This document shows positions 26,367-32,253 of a DNA stretch of 32,253 bases, one piece after another. The position numbers were made by a program, and so were the translations under genes. The first letter of the stretch is position 1, and every line of letters begins with the position of its first letter. This stretch comes from a virus. Taxonomy: Duplodnaviria > Heunggongvirae > Uroviricota > Caudoviricetes. The stretch spans positions 1-32,253 of IMG/VR virus record IMGVR_UViG_2558860288_000008; one strand, 5' to 3'. The notes beneath the pieces are model-generated. The model saw nothing but the letters and a program-made list of their open reading frames with translations, did no database searches and had not been told where the DNA came from.

Positions 26367-28646
26367 TCATTTTGTAAAAGCAGAATATCCCAAACACACA
26401 TCGATTGTAGGATATATAAACGTCTTCCTGCCATATGTTATGGTAGCCCCTCGCGCCAGCGCCTCAAGCTCCCATCGCTGCGGCCTGATACCGTTCTGAG
26501 CAAGGTCAACGCGGATACGGGTAATTTGCATTCGTTCCGACCGGGTCAGTCTGGCCGATGGCGCTATTTCATGCGGTTTTAACGGGCTTCCGTTTCTTTG
26601 CTGACGGTTTGGTCTTCTCAGGCCGTGTTTTAATGCGCTTCTGAGCGCCCTCACGACCTCCGGGTCATTCCATTCGATAACACCGTCATCTACCAGATTA
26701 AGCACTGCTGCGGCGTGCTCAGAAGGCGTGGGAGCCGGTAACGAAGTATCACCACCGGTGAGCTTTCCACAGTTATTGACAGGACTCCGAGGCGCGGCGA
26801 TGCCGCTTTTTAAAGTCAAAGGCTCAACGACCGGAACTTTCGGCACAATGCGCCAGTCCGTCGTTCTGGTGATATGAATATGACGCGCGCCGAGATGCGG
26901 CGCGTAAATGCCGACCACTCTCTCGACTTCTTCCTCGTACTCGTTAACGTCATCCGACGGGCTACGGGCGACTCTGACAGTCTGGCAATCACGCGGAACA
27001 TTTGCCCCACCCTGCGCGCTGATATACAACGCAAAATCACCACTGTCTGCGGCGGCACGTGCAGCCTCAACGCGTTCGTCAAACTCATCAGCAATGCTGA
27101 CGCCGCGAGGCAATTTGCGTAGTTCACGGTAAGCCCCCATTGTCGGCAGGCCAACCGTTTTAAATTGCGGGATGCGCCACGTTGACGCCCATGCGGTAAC
27201 AGCCGCAGCAGTATCTTTCAGCGGCCTGCCGGTATCGTTATCGAGCTGACCATCCAGTGCATAGCCGTCGATGTTTTTTGAAATGTATTTCGCGATATAT
27301 CCCGCAGCACCGCCCCGGTTAAGGTGTTTTGCCTGAAAACGGTTTCGCGCGGCTCCTCTTTCGTCGCCATCCTCTTTGAGCGCATAGCGACGCATGATTT
27401 CGATAATCTGGTTACGCTGGCGTGGATTACAAAAAAGCATCATATGCCAGTGCGGCGTTCCGTCGTGGTGTGGCTCGACGACTCGCAAACCGTAGACCTG
27501 TAAATCATTATCCTTGAATGCCGTGCGCATCAGGCTCCAGATACGGCAGAGATAACGCTGCGCATCCTTTGGATTAAATGCCTCATCGTTCCAGCCGTGA
27601 TTAAGCTGGACGGTTTTACTTTCGCCTTTTCCGACCTGACGTGTCGGGTGATACTTTGACGGCGCGGTCAGCGTGATAAACATCCCCACATCACCCTCTG
27701 CGGCGGCGTAACGCTCAATACCGGCAATGGTGTTCATCAGCTCCATCCGGCGAATTTCAGGATTAGAAATACTGCCCATCACCTTACTGATAAGGTCGAT
27801 GCGCTCGCCGGTTTCCCTGTTTTCAAGGTCACACGATTTAAGAAATTCCAGATTTGCCTGGCGGCGCGCACGCACATCACGAATGGCATGTTTACTGGCA
27901 TAAGGAGAACGGTCTTTATTGACCTCCCCGACAGCAATCAGTAACGCCTCATGCCAGCGCATACGCTGGCCTTTAAGCTGATGAGTCCACCACTCATCGT
28001 TAAACAGACGGGCAATGGCAGAATATGCCTGCCTCGTGGTCATCTGTCCTTTACGGTATTTTTTCCAGTAGAGAGGGGAAATATTGAAAGCACGTGCAGC
28101 GCCAGCAACATGACCATACAGATGCGCCTGCGCCTCATCTGTAAACAGCGATTCTTTCTCGCCATGTGCATCAACCCATGCATCGCAGAGTTCCTCATAC
28201 ATCATGAAAAGCTGCGATGAGATACGGGCGGCAAACTTTTTCAGCTCCTTGTCATTCATCCCCGGCAGACGCGCATAATGGTCACGCTCTGCCAGAAACA
28301 GCAACGACGCGTCGGTATTCATTTCATGGCGCTGATTCACGCGCTCAATACGCGGCCATAAACGGCGCTGAAAAGTGGATGTGAGGAAATAAAACCCGTG
28401 CACCGGGCTTTTATTGCGCCGGATGTAGTCATAGCGTGAAGTAAACAGCGAGCGCAAAAAGTAAGGCAGGCGATTAATCGTGGATAAAACACCTTGCACC
28501 TGACGCATCTCGTCACGTGTAAGGGGTCTTTCGCGCCCGACGGCCTCGCGTGGCGCGTTCCATGCATAAGCACCGGTAAACGTCTCACCGGTGCCTGCGG
28601 CAAATACTGACGGAGGGACAAAACGCCCGGAGGCTTTAACGGCCAT
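26367..28646 (-). CDS. A: Replication initiation protein A (rolling-circle nickase), ~759 aa
   Basis: Translation from the ATG at 28644-28646 (minus): MAVKASGRFVPPSVFAAGTGETFTGAYAWNAPREAVGRERPLTRDEMRQ...; contains a paired-histidine motif (HHDGTPHWHMM) and YxxK-type motifs (GYIAKYISKN) of rolling-circle initiators. Confidence 0.9.
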   Translation of the reverse strand: MAVKASGRFVPPSVFAAGTGETFTGAYAWNAPREAVGRERPLTRDEMRQVQGVLSTINRLPYFLRSLFTSRYDYIRRNKSPVHGFYFLTSTFQRRLWPRIERVNQRHEMNTDASLLFLAERDHYARLPGMNDKELKKFAARISSQLFMMYEELCDAWVDAHGEKESLFTDEAQAHLYGHVAGAARAFNISPLYWKKYRKGQMTTRQAYSAIARLFNDEWWTHQLKGQRMRWHEALLIAVGEVNKDRSPYASKHAIRDVRARRQANLEFLKSCDLENRETGERIDLISKVMGSISNPEIRRMELMNTIAGIERYAAAEGDVGMFITLTAPSKYHPTRQVGKGESKTVQLNHGWNDEAFNPKDAQRYLCRIWSLMRTAFKDNDLQVYGLRVVEPHHDGTPHWHMMLFCNPRQRNQIIEIMRRYALKEDGDERGAARNRFQAKHLNRGGAAGYIAKYISKNIDGYALDGQLDNDTGRPLKDTAAAVTAWASTWRIPQFKTVGLPTMGAYRELRKLPRGVSIADEFDERVEAARAAADSGDFALYISAQGGANVPRDCQTVRVARSPSDDVNEYEEEVERVVGIYAPHLGARHIHITRTTDWRIVPKVPVVEPLTLKSGIAAPRSPVNNCGKLTGGDTSLPAPTPSEHAAAVLNLVDDGVIEWNDPEVVRALRSALKHGLRRPNRQQRNGSPLKPHEIAPSARLTRSERMQITRIRVDLAQNGIRPQRWELEALARGATITYGRKTFIYPTIDVCLGYSAFTK
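26776..26795. other. Candidate origin of replication / A-protein nick region inside the 3' part of gene A
   Basis: The reverse complement of plus 26776-26795 is GCGCCTCGGAGTCCTGTCAA, which matches my recollection of the P2 ori nick-site region inside A (memory only). Confidence 0.4.
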
Positions 28647-28911
28647 ATGAGCCAAAAGCCTCTGAACAACGCTTGCTGAGTTGCTCAACCTGCGCGTTTA
28701 AATCAGCAAAAGACTTTGCGCTTCCGGTCAGAATATCGTGATGCATCAGGCCGGAAACGAGCTGGCTTAATTTCGGGTAATAACCAACCACCGCCAGCCA
28801 TTCCTGACCGGCGTTTTTACCGCTTTCCGCTCTCTTTTTCTCGTGGAGAATAAACTGAAAGCTGTCACTGGTAACGACATAACGTTCGCCAATTTCAATA
28901 CGAATACTCAT
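28636..28911 (-). CDS. Small early-region protein (P2 orf83 position), 91 aa
   Basis: Translation MSIRIEIGERYVVTSDSFQFILHEKKRAESGKNAGQEWLAVVGYYPK...; ATG at 28909-28911 overlaps the stop of the upstream gene. Confidence 0.7.
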   Translation of the reverse strand: MSIRIEIGERYVVTSDSFQFILHEKKRAESGKNAGQEWLAVVGYYPKLSQLVSGLMHHDILTGSAKSFADLNAQVEQLSKRCSEAFGSYGR

Positions 28912-29132
28912 GCCGTTCTCCGGTAATGTTTGTTTTTTGCTTCAAAGACTGACTGACAGGAAACACAACGCGTGGCTGACGGATAAGCCGCACGACGGGC
29001 AGCAGGTATTGGCGCGTCACACTCTTCGCAAACCAGCGCAGAAACACCGCAATGCTTTACCCTTGCCGCGTTAATCTGGCGCTCCAGTAATTCAGCCTGT
29101 TGTTCCTGAATAAAATCTACGTTGTCCGGCAT
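28908..29132 (-). CDS. TraR/DksA-type C4 zinc-finger protein (P2 orf82 position), 74 aa
   Basis: Translation ...CEECDAPIPAARRAAYPSATRCVSCQ... with the Cys-x2-Cys ... Cys-x2-Cys pattern. Confidence 0.75.
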   Translation of the reverse strand: MPDNVDFIQEQQAELLERQINAARVKHCGVSALVCEECDAPIPAARRAAYPSATRCVSCQSVFEAKNKHYRRTA

Positions 29133-29134
29133 TA

Positions 29135-29434
29135 TCAGCTCCTTTTATCGTTAAGTTTCCTGGATACATCAGCGCAATAACTGGTAAGTTCTGTCGTTAA
29201 TTTTGTCAGTTCATCCACGGAGGAAATTTGCTTGTGGAATACAGCGCGTTTAACAAGTAAATTGACCACATCAGACAGGAGGTTTAATTCATTCTGATAA
29301 ATCGCGATAACAGATTCAGTTATGTCGCGTTTTTCTTTATCAAGACAAAGTTGAATAAGAGACAAATCGCCATTTTCCATAACGGCGATTTTTAAGGCGT
29401 TATTCAGTAATACAACTGAATGAGAACAGGACAT
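29135..29434 (-). CDS. Small early-region protein (P2 orf81 position), ~99 aa
   Basis: ATG at 29432-29434 (minus) with a strong GGGGAGGTG ribosome-binding site; overlaps the stop of the upstream gene (ATGA). Confidence 0.7.
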   Translation of the reverse strand: MSCSHSVVLLNNALKIAVMENGDLSLIQLCLDKEKRDITESVIAIYQNELNLLSDVVNLLVKRAVFHKQISSVDELTKLTTELTSYCADVSRKLNDKRS

Positions 29435-29658
29435 CAAAGCACCTCCCCGCGAGACAATCCGATATTGTGAAATTTTTCCGACTCCTGACTGAGCAGCTCG
29501 ACTATCTCCACGCGGGATAACTCCGCCTTTGTGATATGGCGAATCATGGCGTCAAGATGAGAAGAAAAGCGCGTCGCAGCGTCGGCCTGTGCTTCGGTTC
29601 TGGCCTGTTGCAGCAGTAATGCGTATTTACCGCACTGATTTTCAGAAACTGTATGCAT
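29434..29658 (-). CDS. Small early-region protein (P2 orf80 position), ~74 aa
   Basis: ATG at 29656-29658 (minus) with a GGAGAAAG ribosome-binding site; the track ORF begins at an upstream TTG. Confidence 0.65.
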   Translation of the reverse strand: MHTVSENQCGKYALLLQQARTEAQADAATRFSSHLDAMIRHITKAELSRVEIVELLSQESEKFHNIGLSRGEVL

Positions 29659-29721
29659 GACTTTCTCCAGGCAAAAAGAAGCCCCGCACAATTAAGTGCG
29701 TTAAAAACTCTGGTTAATTAC

Positions 29722-30222
29722 TTAATGCAGATATTGCTCTGGTTTTACCGACGTCAGAATTGTCGGTGCATACTCAAACAGGCTGAATAATTCACGTAAT
29801 GCACGGAATAAAGCATCACGCCAGTAACATGATTCTTCATTAATTCGCCAGTATGGCTGGTTGAATTCTTTTTCAGTCAATCCGGCATGCATAAATAAAG
29901 TACGACGCTGACTGACTGTTAAAAAACTAATATATGCATACTCACTTGCGCCAACCTGACGGCGTTTTGAGAATGCCCCACGCAGTTCATCAATTGCACA
30001 AACCAGCCGTTCACGTTCGACGTCGTTCATTTCTTCAAAACGCATCGTTGCGTGACGCTGTTTTAACTGCGCATGGAAGCAAACCGTTAGCCGTTCGCGT
30101 TCCATCATCTGATTATAATAATCGCATGTCTCCTGCCAGCGAGGGACGGCCAGATGCTTACCAATTATCCGGCGCATAGCTGCTGGCTGTTTTTCAACGA
30201 GATTGAGCGTCATCACTGTCAT
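29722..30222 (-). CDS. B: Replication protein B (helicase-loader-like), 166 aa
   Basis: Translation MTVMTLNLVEKQPAAMRRIIGKHLAVPRWQETCDYYNQMMERERLTV...; length and position match P2 gpB. Confidence 0.85.
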   Translation of the reverse strand: MTVMTLNLVEKQPAAMRRIIGKHLAVPRWQETCDYYNQMMERERLTVCFHAQLKQRHATMRFEEMNDVERERLVCAIDELRGAFSKRRQVGASEYAYISFLTVSQRRTLFMHAGLTEKEFNQPYWRINEESCYWRDALFRALRELFSLFEYAPTILTSVKPEQYLH

Positions 30223-30389
30223 TTCCAGACCCTCCGGCTTTTCAGAAAGGTCAGAGCCTTTTTTAACGGACTCTGTTTTTTGGTGCGGATAATGATTCCC
30301 TTACGCCCCTTACCGTGGGTGATGGTGAAGTCAATCGCCCTGGGGCTTTCGTTACGCAATAACTGAGCAATACAACGAGGCTCGTTCAT
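30219..30389 (-). CDS. Small early-region protein (P2 orf78 position), ~56 aa; start uncertain
   Basis: Internal ATG at 30387-30389 (minus) preceded by AAGGTGGAAAGG; the longer track ORF would overlap cox by ~80 bp. Confidence 0.5.
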   Translation of the reverse strand: MNEPRCIAQLLRNESPRAIDFTITHGKGRKGIIIRTKKQSPLKKALTFLKSRRVWK

Positions 30390-30399
30390 CCTTTCCACC

Positions 30400-30771
30400 T
30401 TAAGCCGCACGGCCATGTCTTGATTTGCTGTAACCAATGCGATTTTTCCAGTCATGCCATTCTGTCGGAGCTTCATCAACTAGCTGGGCTGCGTACTTGT
30501 CCCACTCACGGCGATTAATCCATAATTCAGCTTTCCCTCTTGGTTTTAATGGGTCTGTCATGTAGAAGGCTGGCAGCTTTCCTGCTTTAGCCATTTCAGC
30601 CACCGCGCGTGGTGTCTTACCGATGTAAAGAGCAAAACCTTCTTTCGACAGCAAATCAGATGGGCGCTCTGAAATCTGAATGCTTTTACGTTTGGCTTCA
30701 TTTTCGAAACTTGCCTCATCGCTGGTTGGACAAGAAATTTCTACATTTGTCGTCACTTTGCTATCCTCCAT
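30400..30771 (-). CDS. cox: Cox-like excisionase / early-promoter repressor (helix-turn-helix); start uncertain (up to 123 aa)
   Basis: The segment FALYIGKTPRAVAEMAKAGKLPAFYMTDPLKPRGKAELWI resembles the Cox DNA-binding region; first gene of the early operon, divergent from C. Confidence 0.7.
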   Translation of the reverse strand: MEDSKVTTNVEISCPTSDEASFENEAKRKSIQISERPSDLLSKEGFALYIGKTPRAVAEMAKAGKLPAFYMTDPLKPRGKAELWINRREWDKYAAQLVDEAPTEWHDWKNRIGYSKSRHGRAA

Positions 30772-30778
30772 AAGATTT

Positions 30779-30824
30779 GCGATTCACCAACTGGAGCCAT
30801 CTAGAGCCTTTTTGAGCGAATCAC
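30779..30824. promoter_or_regulatory. C/cox lysis-lysogeny switch region with two 9-bp direct repeats (GCGATTCAC and GCGAATCAC), candidate repressor operator half-sites
   Basis: Repeats read at 30779-30787 and 30816-30824 in the 93-bp cox-C intergenic region; by analogy P2 C binds direct repeats near Pe. Promoter hexamers were not confidently placed. Confidence 0.35.
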
Positions 30825-30864
30825 AAATTGCCAAGTAACAATATAATTGGAGATTAGCAAAATT

Positions 30865-31164
30865 ATGTCAAGTGAACAAAGTGAGAAACTAAAGCTCATC
30901 CGTGAATCCGAACGCCTTAAAACTAAGGAACTTGCTGAATTAATTGGAATTAATTACTACACATATCATGGATATGAATCAGGAAAATCAAAAATGCCTA
31001 TGGAAGCAGGTATGAAGCTGTTTAAGCATCCACGCTTTCGCAAGTATCGTGACTGGTTCATGTTTGATGAAACAGATCCAGCAGCTGGACAAATAGCCCC
31101 GGCTCTCGCACACATTGGGCAAGACTCAACAACCTTGCACCACTCAGACCAGAAGACTGGCTGA
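30865..31164 (+). CDS. C: Immunity repressor C, 99 aa
   Basis: Translation from the ATG at 30865: MSSEQSEKLKLIRESERLKTKELAELIGINYYTYHGYESGKS... (helix-turn-helix); GGAG upstream; directly followed by int on the same strand. Confidence 0.85.
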   Translation: MSSEQSEKLKLIRESERLKTKELAELIGINYYTYHGYESGKSKMPMEAGMKLFKHPRFRKYRDWFMFDETDPAAGQIAPALAHIGQDSTTLHHSDQKTG

Positions 31165-31257
31165 CGATTTATTCAGCATATGTGTGTAGTAAATGTACGA
31201 AAGAAAATTGCATTAATTTTCAAGTAGTAGAAGTAAACAGCGTCATCGGAGGGCTTT

Positions 31258-32253
31258 ATGTCTATTAAAAAGCTCGATGATGGTCGTTATGAAGTGGACG
31301 TCAGACCGCAGGGTGCAGATGGAAAACGTATCAGGCGGAAATTTAAAACTAAAGGTGAAGCTCAAGCATTCGAACGTCATGTACTGGTTAACTACCACAA
31401 CAAAGAGTGGTTGGAGAAACCAGCCGACCGCCGAACTCTTACAGAGTTGTTAGGCAGATGGTGGATATATCACGGAAAATCACATGAGCGTGGAGATATT
31501 GAACGGGGGCGTTTAACGACAATAATCGCCAAATTTGCAGAAATGGGAGTGTCCAGAGCTGACCAGCTAACAAAGAAAACGATAACTGATTATCGCGTTG
31601 TAATGATGAACGATGGTCTGAAACCAGCCAGCGTAAATCGACATCTGGCAATAATGAGCGGGATGTTCACCAAGTTAATTGACGCCGGTGAATACCACTC
31701 TCACAACCCGTTCCGTGAGATTAAACGGTTACGTGAAGCTGTTACGGAAATGGCTTTTTTGTCCAGTGAAGAGATTACGCGGCTGTTATCCATGCTTGAT
31801 GGTGATGAATTAAATGCAACTCTGGTCTGCCTTTCTACTGGTGGACGCTGGAGTGAAGTATCTAATTTAAAAGCTGAACACATCATTAACCAGATGGTTA
31901 CGTTTATGAAAACTAAAAACGGAAAACGCAGGACAATTCCCGTTTCGCAGGACCTGATTAAACGGATCAAGACCAAAAATTCAGGCAGGCTTTTTAATGC
32001 CAGTTACTACAAAGTGCGTAACGCTCTCAGGGAAGTAAAACCCGATTTACCTGACGGACAAGCAGTACATGTTTTGAGGCATACATTTGCCACACATTTT
32101 ATAATGAATGGAGGTAACATAATCACATTGCAGCGCATCCTGGGTCATTCTAACATTCAGCAAACTATGACCTACGCACACTTTGCACCGGATTTCTTAC
32201 AAGATGCTGTGACTCTTAACCCGGTGTCAGGAATGTCCATAATGCGTCCATAA
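31258..32253 (+). CDS. int: Tyrosine integrase, 331 aa
   Basis: Translation MSIKKLDDGRYEVDVRPQGADGKRIRRKFKTKGEAQAFERHV... with catalytic-region motifs (...HVLRHTFATHF..., ...MTYAHF...); GGAGGG ribosome-binding site; stop TAA at 32251-32253 is the window end. Confidence 0.9.
   Translation: MSIKKLDDGRYEVDVRPQGADGKRIRRKFKTKGEAQAFERHVLVNYHNKEWLEKPADRRTLTELLGRWWIYHGKSHERGDIERGRLTTIIAKFAEMGVSRADQLTKKTITDYRVVMMNDGLKPASVNRHLAIMSGMFTKLIDAGEYHSHNPFREIKRLREAVTEMAFLSSEEITRLLSMLDGDELNATLVCLSTGGRWSEVSNLKAEHIINQMVTFMKTKNGKRRTIPVSQDLIKRIKTKNSGRLFNASYYKVRNALREVKPDLPDGQAVHVLRHTFATHFIMNGGNIITLQRILGHSNIQQTMTYAHFAPDFLQDAVTLNPVSGMSIMRP

Larger units (their letters stand above)
1..32253. mobile_element. Near-complete P2-like (Peduovirus-type) prophage/phage genome, ogr to int; att sites lie outside the window
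   Basis: Contiguous, syntenic full P2 gene set with matching ORF lengths; a cos-like 19-mer lies internally, as expected for an integrated or circularly permuted representation; the window starts at the ogr stop and ends at the int stop. Confidence 0.9.

Noticed and set aside
30219-30479. Full-length 86-aa track ORF overlapping the 3' end of cox
   Set aside because: Would overlap cox by ~80 bp; an internal ATG with a good ribosome-binding site just after the cox stop gives a more parsimonious 56-aa gene.
1-32253. Search for CRISPR arrays, tRNA/rRNA genes, IS elements or transposases
   Set aside because: No regularly spaced short repeats, no tRNA-like structures and no transposase-like translations were seen; the only mobile element supported is the prophage itself.

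Overview
The window is essentially one near-complete P2-like (Peduovirus-type) temperate phage genome in prophage gene order, running from the ogr stop codon (position 1) to the integrase stop codon (32253); no att core is inside the window. All structural, lysis, packaging, replication and lysogeny genes are recognisable, and ORF lengths match the P2 gene set as I remember it (ogr-D-U-T-E/E'-FII-FI ... G-H-I-J-W-V ... S-R-lysCBA-K-Y-X-L-M-N-O on the minus strand; P-Q on the plus strand; then cos; then A-orf83/82/81/80-B-orf78-cox on the minus strand and C-int on the plus strand). Three visibly AT-rich accessory (moron) loci sit at the positions where P2-like phages are known to carry variable anti-phage cargo. 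(1) Between cos and gene A (the tin/old position) is a convergent pair: a ComEC-like metallo-beta-lactamase-fold hydrolase and a small polytopic membrane protein. (2) Between FI and G (the Z/fun position) is a 528-aa P-loop NTPase. (3) Between V and S (the orf30 position) is a 261-aa protein with three predicted transmembrane segments. I consider (1) and (2) the best candidates for an undescribed defence or exclusion function, but I cannot confirm novelty or family membership without database searches. No rRNA, tRNA, CRISPR array or transposase was recognised. All assignments are by reading the supplied translations and DNA; similarity to P2 proteins, the cos 19-mer and the ori 20-mer are from memory, not from a search.
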